Shown: positions 11,283 through 23,860 of the stretch, piece after piece
How the letters are laid out: each line of letters opens with the position of its first letter
How positions within the stretch are numbered: position 1 is the stretch's first letter
From: the human T2T-CHM13v2.0 reference genome, Homo sapiens
Length of the DNA: 64,000 nucleotides
NCBI RefSeq assembly: GCF_009914755.1
Contig: NC_060929.1
Direction: 5' to 3' (one strand)
Notes under the pieces: model-generated
Told to the model about the DNA's origin: nothing
Databases searched by the model: none
Seen by the model: the letters and a program-made list of their open reading frames with translations, nothing else
Program-made: the position numbers and the translations under genes

Positions 11283-14200
11283 TTCATAAAGAGACAAAGT
11301 TTTAATACCGATACCCCACACTTGTAAATACATATTTTCTCAAACAACTACCCCTAAATACAGTAATTTTCTTCTCCATTTCCTTGCTGACCTGTGCGAC
11401 ATTATATTTAGAGAGTAGGCTCCCAGGATCGACATAATTCTACTTACATTCATTGTGGATGGCACGTCATAAAATGCCAGGGGGGAGGGAACCTTGAGGG
11501 GCGTGGAGAAGAAGCCTTTTATTAACAATTATATTCTCCCTTAGCAGTTTAAATAATAACAATGATGTCACGGTAACCATCTCCCTTCTCCCACTCCAGT
11601 GAAACCACTAGATGGGTTGGTGAACTGTACATTTGTATACTTAATTAAGGGATTACTGTTGCTACACAGTTACAAAGGTGGCATAAGGAATCTCTGAACG
11701 GTAGATTGCGGGACATTTGGCATGTTGTAGGACTCACTTACCTGCCAAATCTTATTTCAGAATAAGAATGATAAAATGTTGTTAGTTTGTGCCCAGCATA
11801 GTTTTGAAGGAAAATGGAACAAAAAGAAGTTGCTCCTTGAAAATTATGTTAGTTGTAGGAAAAAAAAATCCTCTCAGCGGAACGAGCCGGTTACGCACTG
11901 TATTAAATGAGGATCATATTTTACCAACCCAGGTGGTGTTTTAAAAATTCTTTCAGGCAACAGTGATAAGAGAGGAAGCAAAGAGCACGCAGACCCCCGC
12001 CCAGCCCGCACCCGTGTTCCCAGTGTCTGGAGCACACACTCTAAACACATCGGGACCCCCACCCCCATGAATTCGCCCTGTTTGAGACTCAGTTTCTGAG
12101 GCCAAGAGTTCGTTCTCGGTGGATCGCTACACGTTGAAAAATGGATATTTGTGTAAGGTCAACATTCAGGCTATAGTACGATGGCATGGTGGAGAGAAAA
12201 CACTTTTCATTGTTTAACAGTTACTAAATAATTAAACTGCCCTGCATATTGAATATCATTTTTGAGAGTTTCCCTTTTTTTCTTTAAAATTATTCGCCAG
12301 TGTTTTAATGAGGCCTCAGGATTGGGTTGCACGGAGGAAAGTGAGGGGTTCAATAAGGTACAGCTTTGATATACAGAACAATTATATAAAAGAAAGTAAT
12401 TTATTATTGAAGAGGACAAAAGAAATTTGGGTTTATGTTTAAGTAGAACTTAGCAGTTGCAAAACTATGTTTTAAACAGACAATTTGATAATTTGCCTTT
12501 CTTTTTTCCCCTCTTAAACCATTTACAACCTGGGAAATTTACACTTGTTAACTAGTAAAACACCTGAAGGCTTGAATTAGACACCAAGTAGCCGCTGATG
12601 TCCCAACAACGTACAACCTGCCCCTCTGGAAGGTGTGGAATCTTTTATAAGTACTCAAGAAAAGCCCCCAAAGCTCAACTAGGTTCTATGGTGCCGGCAC
12701 TGAGGAGTGTGCTTTAAGGTTATCAGTCTTATAAGCACCACGTGATTAGACAGGAAAGGTAACTTGAAAACACAACCTGATTCTGAGCGAAATCATTTTG
12801 TCCTGTTGGCATGAAAATGTAGTTACACCTCCAAGTTCTGCTCAGGAACAGACGGCTGCGTGTGGGGGCTGGTCCCTACCCAGATCAGTACAGGATCTTC
12901 AGCTGGCAGACGAGATCCAGCAAATGGAATTCACGAAGAAACTCATGTGCGTTTGGAAAAAAAGGTGGGGGAGAGTGCTGCTTCCTGATTCCTTTCGCTG
13001 AGGTCTCCTGTGATCATCAATGGCTTTGGCAACAGCAGGGAAGGCAAAAATAATTCACCACCAAACAGTTTTGACCATGACATATTTAATGGGGCTAGTT
13101 TGAACTTTGTTTTTAAAAATTTCCTGGCAGATGTTAGTATTCTCCCTGCTTATCTCTTACAATATATTTTTTTAAATGTCATTTATAGGTAGCCATTGCA
13201 TGGCATTGTGCTACAGTTAACACACAGGTACTGGGGCACTTCAGGCCCATGTAAATATCCAGTGTAAAGGATTCACCAGCTTTCCTGGCAGCAGCCTCTG
13301 CAAATGGAAGCTACTCCAGAAAGAGACATTTTTATTTGTATAGTTGTTACTCAAGTCGTTATAGGTGTGAGTTTTGGGCTGAATTCACGAGTCCAAATTA
13401 AGAAGTCTGGATACATGACACATCACCTGTAAATAACCATGTAGACACCAGCCTCTTTTGCCACAACTCTCCAAATGTTTGTTTTAAATCTTCTTATCAC
13501 CTTTAATGAGTGCTCCTTTTAGAACTCAACTCAGAGACTCAAATTTAGTCTTTGAATTGGTACTTTAAAAACTATTCTCTTTTATCATTTAAAAGTAAGC
13601 CTACTCCCAAAATTGAGCGTTTCACTTTTAAGGCTCAAACACTTCCTTAGGTCTCTACAAAAGTCTCTTAGGTCTCTTCAAACCAGCCCTTAGCATCAAA
13701 TTCCATCATGGCAGTAATTTGGTACTCACAAGTAAACTGACAGTTTGGAGAGGGAGATGTTATCATTTCTCAGTTTTCTTTTGTATCTAATAAAATGGAG
13801 ACTGACTGTATGAAATTCCCTTCCAGAGCTTACCAAAATTGTTTTTTAAAATTCTCCTGGACGAGAGCCCCGTGGTCTTGCAGCTTAGAAGGGGTTCGGG
13901 GGGCTCCGTTTGGCTAATTTTTAGAGAACTGCTTGGCGGAGGCTGCTCGCAGGTAACGCTTCTGAGATGAAGGCGGGGCTCCCTGTCGCCTGCAAGGGTA
14001 TTTTACCTAGAATGTCCTGATTTTGGGTCCAAACTCACACTCTCCCACACTCGTGGGGTGATAGGTAGGCTAATAAAAGGCAAATAGTAATCAGAAGGGA
14101 GCCCCACAGTTTCTACCAGAGGGGTTTTGGCCAGAAAACAAAGAGAGCAGGGGCTGCTCACTCCTCGTCCCCTGCGCCTGAAATTCAGGTCGCCTGCAGC

Positions 14201-15553
14201 TACGGCCTCAGGTGAGTGGCTCAGGGAAGGGTCGCTGAGGCTCTTCCCAGGGCCCCCGGGCCTCTCTTGGGCCGCTCCCTGGGAGTGCTTTAACCTCTGC
14301 CGCCATTCCGCTTCGTCTTTTCCTGCAATAACACCTGCTGCCACGGATTGAGTACACCTGACCAGATGTAGTCAAAATAAAAGGTCAAGAAAAGAAAAGG
14401 AAAGCCCCACCTTTCTTAATTCCGTTTGGAAAGAGCCAGAGCTGCCAAATCCATTACATAATGCCAGTTCAAGCTGACACCTGTGCCTGCCCTGGAGCTA
14501 GATCAGGTTCTGGCGACTGCTCCAACCTGGAACGCCGGCTCAGTAGCGCCCAAGCCGAAGGCGAAGGGGAAGAGGAACGAAGTGTGGGATGGGGGGCGGC
14601 CCCTCATTGGGGGTTCAGGTAGGGATTGGATTCTGCAGGGAATGCTCCAAGGGTTGCTCCCTAATAATTTGGGACTGCGATAAAAAAAAAATAGCCGCAG
14701 TTTCGAAGTCCCAGAGCTTTATCAGGAAGCATTGGACGCCCCTTTCTCCTCCAGACTGGGGCGGGCTTCCAGGGATGCCCCCTCCGACCCCGTCACCAGC
14801 GGAGGACTCATCTGCCGCGGGGCTGCCGGAAGCTCTCACTCCCGCCAGCCCCCTGGGTGCTATTGATGCGGACCTTGGAGGTGCCTGCGGCGTGGCCTAA
14901 CACGTGGACGCGGCCCATAACCCGCCCCGGCTGCTGCTTTCGCCTGAAGGCGGACAATGGCTTTATTAATCGGCCATCATTAAACTAACCCAGGAGAAGC
15001 CCCATCCCGCAATGAGGGCGCGGCAGGCTAATTTTGCCTACGGCTGAACAGTTGGGGCAAACGGTGGTTAACACGCTGGATCCCTCTCTAGTGAAGGCCC
15101 GACCGTCCCGATCTTTGGGGTCCGCACCAATGATCCCATGAAAAACAAAGGTCAGTCCCCAAACTCCTAGGAATCCACACTGTTCCTCTCCAAACTTCCT
15201 GCTCCCCGCTAAGGCAAAAGACCCCGAGCCTTGTAAACCCTTTTGTCAGAACGCGAATTAATGTTTCCAAGATTTTTTCTCAAAAGAATTAAGAGCTCTA
15301 GAGGCGCCTCTTCCACTCACTAGGGCACCATGTCAAAGGGACTCGTCATGGCGATTTACAAATATCACGATCGTGGACAGCGCTATTGGAATGTAACTTG
15401 GGCTTGGTTTCATGCAGTCCTTAAGGATTTCGTTGAGGCCCTGGAGACGTGACTAATTCCTCCCAGTCCATAGTGGGAAATGCTTATTGGGCTTTGGTTG
15501 AGATAAAATAAAATAAAATAAAAGCTAGACCCAAAGCTTCGTGTGGACCTTAA

Positions 15554-15586
<33 letters not shown>
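15554..15586 (+). repeat. (CA)n microsatellite
   Basis: Read directly from the sequence. Confidence 0.95.
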
Positions 15587-18500
15587 ATAAGCAAGAGTCA
15601 GTGACCTTCTCTGGACATCGCAGCCACCCCCCTAGCTCCCGCGTTAAAATCACCAGAGTCAATTCCCGGCGTCGGTCTCCACAGTCAACCCCCGCCCCTT
15701 CCCCATTTCTCATCAAAAGGCAGGAGAAACGTCATATTTTATATTTCTTTTCTCCACATCTGGGCATTTTCTTGTGCATCATATCCTAAACAAATATTCT
15801 CCTTTTACATTCGTGTGCGCCTAGGACGGTGTGGACCTGCGCCCCTCTTCCCCGTAGCGACCGTGTTGGAGAAACTCGCTCGGAGGACCAGTGTGCTGCG
15901 GGGGCCAAAACTCACGCTGCCCAGCCTTGAAGAGCTGGAGAACGGAGCCGGGCCCCGCCGAACCTGCGCTCGCAGAGAATGTTATCTTCACAGCAACTTA
16001 GCAAGCCCCACAGAACAAAAGTTAAAGCGTGATTGCACTATACCTTGCCCCGGGTTACTCAGGCGCCTGTCTCCCATTTTGGACATGCAGGAAATGTTGG
16101 ATTTGGGGAGGTTTGATTTGGCTGGGTTTGGTTTGTCTATATAAGCCCTGCTGGAGTACTGTACTGAGGAACGCGCCTTGATGGACTCGGGTGTTAATTA
16201 ACGCGCTAATTTGAGCTTCAGGAGCGGGAGGCGGCCGGTAGCACCGCGAGCCGCGAGGGGCCAGTGACCTCTAGTGGACATGAGGAGATATGCAGCGCGA
16301 GTGAGCGTGTAGCAGAGAAAACTCTTTCCTGAGCAGCTGCTCGCGTGTCTCCTCTGAATCCAATGCAAGGGAGGGACACAAGTCCCCAATTTAAGGGAGA
16401 AAGAGCCGTCAGCAAGTGGTGTCGACCAAAGACCTTAGCTCTTCTGATGTATCTGAAATCTAAACGCAATTTAAGCGCGCGTGCACACACACATTGTTAC
16501 TTATCAGTTTTTCCAGCGAGAGAAGAACATATGGAAAGGGTTTGAGAAGTGAGCGTGAATAACTTTGGTTTCTGAACCTAGAGAAAAGCAGGGCTTTCAA
16601 AGCTCCGGAGGCACCAGCGATTCAGGGGAAGGAGTCGGAGTGTGATTCTGTAAACAAAGTTCATCAGTACTCCCAAGATTTTTTTTTTTTTCTGTAAAGA
16701 ATTGAGAAAAAAAAAACGTAAAAAGCTTAGTTGGGTCAACAACAAGAAAGTAATCGAACAAATGATGTGTGGAAAGGTCCAGATGCTCCTGAGTTCACAC
16801 CCCTCAGGCAAATAAGAAGACAAAAATAAGAACAAAAGAACCCCTTCGCTTAACAAAAATAAAATAAAGGCCAAGAGGAGAAAATGATCTGTTTTGGTTT
16901 TTTAACCTTCATTTATTTCATTGGTTAGTTAAACTACTGCAGAAATTTTTGGAAAGATCGTCCTGGTGCTTCTGCAAGCGCCAAAAGCAAACCATGGACC
17001 TGGTAGTTCAGGCAGAATACCATTTTTTAAAATAAACCAAAGTCTGTATTTTATCCTTCCCCATTCCACAGACCGCAGCAGACTGTGGAAGCTGGCGAGG
17101 CCCAGTAGAATCCCGCGACCCCACAGCCTCAGCGCTCAGGGTTCCACGGTCCAGTACAGGCTAAACTGACCTCGCCGACGGCCGCGCCCACTTGGGCACT
17201 TCTCCCGGGTCTTGTTCTACGGGCGTTTGAGGATTTCTTAGTCTCTTTCTTCCCTGGCACTCTTCCTCCGAGGCCAGAAGTCTGAATTACTAGCAGCTAC
17301 CAGCCGCTTGGAGCGGGAACGTGGAGGTGATCCCCTCCCCGGGAGTAGCCTGTCCGTCCCAGCTCTCCTCCCTTCTGTGCCTGGCGGTTTTGCGGTACCC
17401 GAATCTGTCCTCAAGGGTTGGGGGAGGGGTGGATATGGGGGGATCAGAGACATTACCTTTTCCCAAACTGTGAGCACAGCCCGCTTGGGGTTGGTTTCAC
17501 ATCGCTCAGGACTGGGGTTCCACGCCTGGAGCGCAGTTACCTTGTTGCGCCCGCATGTGCCTCGGGAAGTGCATCTGCGACCCTAGGTCGGGGACCACCG
17601 CGTTAGTGAGGGACAGCCGAGTCGGGGGGCAGTCTCCCCTGGTGGACAGTATGAAGTTTGGACAGCAGGGGAAGGAAGAGAGGAACTGGAGGTTGGGGGA
17701 GGCTAGAGAGCAACGTTTGCTCTCTGAACTTTTCCTTCTCCCCTTTGCGCCTTCTGAAATGGCCTGGGAGTTAGCAGAGGTCGGGAAGCTGCTGTAAGAG
17801 CGAAACGTTGCCCCACTTGGCGGTGTCCAGGTCTCGCAGTAGGCTCGGGTCACAGGAGGGAGGGGGTAGGGGTTCAGCTCCGCCGAAAGAGTTAGCTACC
17901 GTCCCCTCCTTTCTCGGCCGGAGACGTTAAGAGTTCCCGGTGAATGACACCGTCCAGGGTCAGAAGTCAGTGGTGGCTATACTCGGAATAAGGCTGACAG
18001 TTCGCAGTGAGGGAAAACGTGTAACCTGGCAGGATGAGGAACACGCAATGAAAATGAACCCAGGGAAACCAAAGATTTCTAAGAGTTGTATTTTATTGTG
18101 GTCCAAAGAAAGGACTGAGAGCTGCTTAAGGGAAACAGCATTTATAAAGCCCAAACATTAAATATATATTGCAACAGAAATACAATCTTAATGGAGATAA
18201 CTGAATTGTAATAGTTTAAGAAACGGTCTTTTCAGAAAACTAAACAGTGAGCAAAACAATGTTCAATTTTAAAACGCCCAGACGTGACTCACACACAGCA
18301 ACCGCCTATGGGAGAGCAGTAGTTTTCCTTGACCTTCCCTACACTGCGCCCCGGGAGTTCCCCGTAACCCCAGAGCAGAAAAATTCACCAACTTTGGAAT
18401 CTAGTCAGAAAAACAAAACAAATAAAACCGTGCGGACCCCCAAGCAAGGATTCACTAACATTCCTACCGGCCTTGCTTAACCTCCATGCCCCCGGGAAGT

Positions 18501-20009
18501 GGCGCGAATCACTCTTGGCACCACTTGGGGCGCACAGAAAGGACCCACCTCCTGTTGGCCAGGCAACCGCACACCTGAGGCAAGAGGACCAGAAGTGGAG
18601 AACAAACTGCTCAAGTTCCAGCAGTCTCCAAATCAGAGTCCCTATTATCTTGGGCCCTTGCAAACTTGAGCACTCACCTTTGGCCACGTAGCTGCCCCTT
18701 TTCACCCTGCCAGCAGAAACAAAGTGAACGCTCTTCTTTTCTCTGTAAGCTGGAAATTACCAAGGGCATACTTGAGCCTACCAGGCCCCGAGGACCCCAT
18801 TTCAGGCCCAAATGTGCCAGTTTTACCCTTGCTGAGAGTGCTCACTGCAGTCTTCATCAACCAACTTCTAAGTGGGTGTCAATGAGGAGCAGCCTCACGC
18901 TTTTTCTGCAGAGAGAAGGTAGAGAGAGATGAGGGCTTTCGGTGTGGCCCTGTGACCCCAGGCTACTATCCCAGGCTATGGCACGTCTTCGCCAGAAAAG
19001 CAGCGACCGAGTTATTTCCCTGTTGACAATGCCCAGCAGCCGGGCCCTGTTATTATAGGGGTTATTAGAGGGGTCGCCTTCTTCTCTAATGGTTCCTGTT
19101 CAGGGTTTTCCCCCAGTAAGATTTAGAAAAGACTGGACTAAAACACTTTACCTCCCAGAGTCTCTTAGAACATGGCCCCCGAGTCGTCTCCCCTACACTC
19201 CCCCTCCCACCCCTACCCTGTTGTCCCTCAGCTGATGGTGCGGATGGAAAGACTCAAAGACAGACAAGAACCCCCCACCAGCCCCCACCCGCTGGGAACA
19301 GGACCGACAATCTTTCCCACTTTCTTGTGGAAAATTTTCACACGTACACACAAAATCTGGAGTCCGAGATAATAGGTGATGAGCCGTCCTGGGAACGGTG
19401 TCGCAGGCTGAGGATGTCCAAGACCTGGCGAGTCTCGGGTCAGAGGAGCCGGAGGGGGCGACCCGAGGCCCCGCGCCCCGGCTCTGCGCTGGGGGGTGGT
19501 GCTGGCTATTTCTCTCTGCTCCCAACTATTACATTTCTTTTTTCCTTCATCTTGGCTAGAGTTATACGTTTTATGTGTGGGGCGATTTAGAAAATAAAAT
19601 TGGACTATATAAGCTATTCTATATATAAAAAAGAACCCGAAAAGCCTCGCGTTTTTTCTCTTGTGTTTTCCTCACTTTTCTTTTTCTCAAACTGCAAAAT
19701 TTTAGTGCCTGAATGGCGAATGGGGAAAAGGACTGGCCGGAGAGTGAGGCACGGAAGGGAGGTCTGAAAGTGAATTTTTCAATGCCTAGTTTACCCTTGA
19801 TGTCGCATTCCATCTTAAATGGCCACTATGATGATAATCTGAGCAGTAATATTAGTCGATTTTCCTGCTCTACAGTGCGGCTTGGAGAAGTCTTGGGAAT
19901 CAAACGGCATGAACTTAGATTCCTGTTACACAACTTTTCAATGAGGGAGGAGGATATCGAATACCTCACTCAGTCTTCGGGAATGGAGCCTTCAAAAACA
20001 CTTTTGTGA

Positions 20010-20362
<353 letters not shown>

Positions 20363-21064
20363 CCCTTGTGAGCCGCCTAAAAACCGTCCTGTGAGCATCT
20401 CATCCCCACACTGGCGCTGCCACCCGCACGGACCTTCCAACTTCGCACTGTTCCATTTTCTCTATGTGCTTTTCAGCCCATCCTTGGAGTTGCTCTGTAA
20501 GAAGGACTTTCGGAGTGAAACTCCACAGTGCGGTTCAAAGACACGCTTAGGATGCCCCGGGATGGAGAGAGGACTGAGCTTGGACTGGAATTCCTGGAAC
20601 AGACGAGGGCTTGTGAGCTTGTCCCAGGCACTGAGGACAGCATACTCTTCCCGACAAGGGCATCTGGGTCGAGAGAAGGTGGAGCGGGTCTTCGGCAAAG
20701 GCGAAACCCTGGAGAACGCTGCCCCACCCCACCCTGTAAGCGTGGACGAGTAATAATCTCCCGGCCTCAGTTTCCACCCTCTGCTTATATCAATTTTAAG
20801 AAGCTTTATTTTTTCTAAGATGATTTTCCCTACATATTTCTTGTCTCCCTCACTGCCATTCCCGCCCCTCCCCCCCAAAATACATTGTAAATCTTTTTCC
20901 TCCTACGGTTAATTTTAAAGAACCACAAAAGTTTGCATAAGACAGAATTTACCTGCCCATATATTTCTGTTGAAGGTGGAAAATTGTTTTTACGTGGCAA
21001 GTTTTATTTCTATTGATTTCTAAAAATTTTATCTGGAAAGAATTTGGCTCATGAGCTAAATAAT

Positions 21065-21290
21065 ATAGTTACCATTTGCTTAATAATTTTTAAGCTCTAG
21101 GCATTGAGGTAAATGCTTTATATATTTTTTCTTAGTCTGAGAACAACCATGTAAAATAGGGTTTTTCCTTCTGTTTTTCTTCCTCCCTCTCTTCTTTCCA
21201 ATTTGAAAACTGAGGCAGAGACATTAAATGGCTTTCACAAAGGTATAGAGCTAGTAAGTAGCAGAGGCAGAGTCTGAACACAACTACCAA
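21065..21290 (-). mobile_element. MIR fragment
   Basis: Degenerate MIR core (gaaaactgaggcagagacattaaatggctttcacaaaggt...gctagtaagtagcagag). Confidence 0.65.
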
Positions 21291-23559
21291 CCGCTAAGTG
21301 GAAGCTCTTAGCAGAGGTCAGCCGAGTTTTCAAGTGAGGCTATAACTGCTGAAGAGTAGCCCTTCAACCTATGGTACTTGGTTGCCCATTATAAAGGAAA
21401 GCTGTGTAGTAATTTGACTTTTTATACCTTAAGAAATAATCACGGCAAAAAAAAACCCTAAAAATAATCTTTAGCTGTTAAGCAATCATCATATTGCTAG
21501 TTGTAGTGCTGTTATTCATATTTTGCAACTGTTTATATATTATGAGATAAAGCAAGTAAGTCATTATATTGGTGTCTTACAGAACTGAAATTTTTCATTA
21601 TAAGTAAAAAGGAGATACAGGTGGAAGATTATTGAAATCAAATAAAAATCTTATAGCCCTGGAAAGAAAAAAAAAGGAAAGCTATGGTTAAGAAGCAAGA
21701 GTAGAAGCTGTGAGTAGTTACTACCAGTACAGAAAGCTTGAAACAGACTTGTATTCCCACCCCAATCAATGCTTCTCACAGGAGCACATTGAATCCTCTG
21801 TTATGTTAATTCTGGCAATCTCTATGTCTTCTGGGTCCTACCATCAAACCTCTGAAAGCAATTCAAATATTTTGCCACTCCCTTTGACCATTTATTTTTT
21901 AAATCTGAGATTAGAATTGTGGAACACATAGTGGATTGATATAAAGAGGAAAATCAAGCACCAGGAATAAAGATTATAAAAGAGTTAGCTCCTTGAAGGT
22001 TGTTGGTAATAGACCAATCATGCCAACATAAAAAAATTAAATACTACTTTAATGAAATTTCATACTTTTAATAAATTACTTTCATCTTGTTAGTTCTGAT
22101 CTAGAATATCTTTGTATTTAACATAAATGAGATAAAATTATAAAGAGATTCATCCTCTATTTTCCATTATAACATGCATAAAGTAAGATTTCAAAAATTT
22201 AAATAAATGTGTCAGAATATTCATGGAAAGTATTCAGCTGTGAGATTATGTACTTATTTGAATAAAGTGTCTTTTTACAATATATTTGGATTCTTCTATT
22301 TCTCCACTTCCTCCTTTTTTCCTCCTCTCTCATCCTCATTTTTCTCCTCCTCATCCATTTTCCCTTTCTCTTCCTCCCATTCATTTTGTCATTGGAATCT
22401 ATTTCTGAGACACATGAGAAAATGAACCTCATTAGTTTATTTTTTCCTTAAAATGGTATTTTTGAAAAAAAAAAGCAGAAGATGTCACCTTCAACTGAGG
22501 ATGATATGCCAATTTGAATAGCATATCCTCTGACTGTTGCAGACATTCAGAACTATGTGTGCCATCCCAAAGAAGGTCTTCAATGGCAGCTATTTTTTAA
22601 AATGTTGTTTTACAGTCACATTCGATTTACTATTAGATTATCCTCGAATTAAAATAGCTGATACCATAATACTAAATACTAACATTTTAAAGCTATTGTT
22701 ATGATGTGTTTACCATTGCCATTACTTTTAAAACCAAGGAAAGCACAGTCTGGTAAGACACAATCAGCAGTGAGATACAATCACAACACCACATAAGAGA
22801 AATGTAATGTATCATAGCTAGCCCTAGAAAAATAACATTCATCTGCTTTGTAATCTCTCAGATTCGATTGCAGCAAGGAAATATTTATACTTTCATGCAA
22901 AAACACATGAGAACCACGGTTTAGAATGGCTAAAATTTTGAGCAAAAAATAGTTTTGTCTTCATCACGTATTGTGTATTGAGCTTTTTTTGTTTTTCTCC
23001 TTCATCAACAAACTTAGCTTACCTTTCTTCTAATCTTTGAGGGCCCTGCTCTTTGCTTCCCAAGGTAATGACTGGGTCATTTGATAAAATGAGCCTAGGC
23101 TAATGTATTGATGGTTATAAATGTGTTAATGTGCAAATCTTTGGCCACAATTCCTTCAAGCTTTTCAAATCAGATATGAATCTTAATGAACACGTTTGGA
23201 GGGAATACTCTTTGTTGTCTAACTTTAGTAAGGGGAACATAATGGTACTACATAAACTCACTCTTTTAAGGCTGGCCTGTCATAAATGCTTAAATACTCA
23301 TCAGTGCAATTATGAAGAAAGCCCATTAGGGAAAGAATTGAAACCTAGCATATCTGGAACATAAGATAGCTGAATTTAAAAAAAATAGCTAAGACAGCTT
23401 TAAAATTTAGACAGTAGAAGACCCATTTATAATTCTTAGACATTAATTTTAAAAGATCATTCAATGACAATTTAAATTATTGGGCTTGTGCTAGAAAGAA
23501 GACTACTCTTCTCCTATGTTGAAACCACATTCACCTTTCTGTCCCCAGAACACTTGCTT

Positions 23560-23860
23560 CTTCCCTTTATAATTGGTGTTCTCTATGCCTGGAACACTTC
23601 CCACAGAAATTAACATGATTGCATGCTCATTGCATTCTCAGGAAGCATTCCTAGGCCAAACTAGCTCAACCCATTACCCCATCACTCTCTACCACATTTG
23701 TATTTTAAAAATAGAATCTGTAATAATCTGAAAGAGCTTTGTTTCTATATTCGTTTACACTTTTAAATATACTTCTATTACAGGAACCACCAAGAGGTCA
23801 GGGACTTTGCCTGCCTTACTCATTACACAGCAGATACTCAGTAAATATTGAATAAATGAT
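23560..23860 (+). mobile_element. L2 3'-end fragment
   Basis: ctctatgcctggaacactt...cagggactttgcctgcctt...agcagatactcagtaaatattgaataaatga resembles the L2 terminus. Confidence 0.55.

Noticed and set aside
1-20000. MIR9-2 precursor hairpin
   Set aside because: I did not find TCTTTGGTTATCTAGCTGTATGA or its reverse complement; the hairpin should lie left of the window.
23705-23714. MEF2-like TTAAAAATAG
   Set aside because: Inside an L2-like AT-rich fragment, poor flanks, expected by chance.
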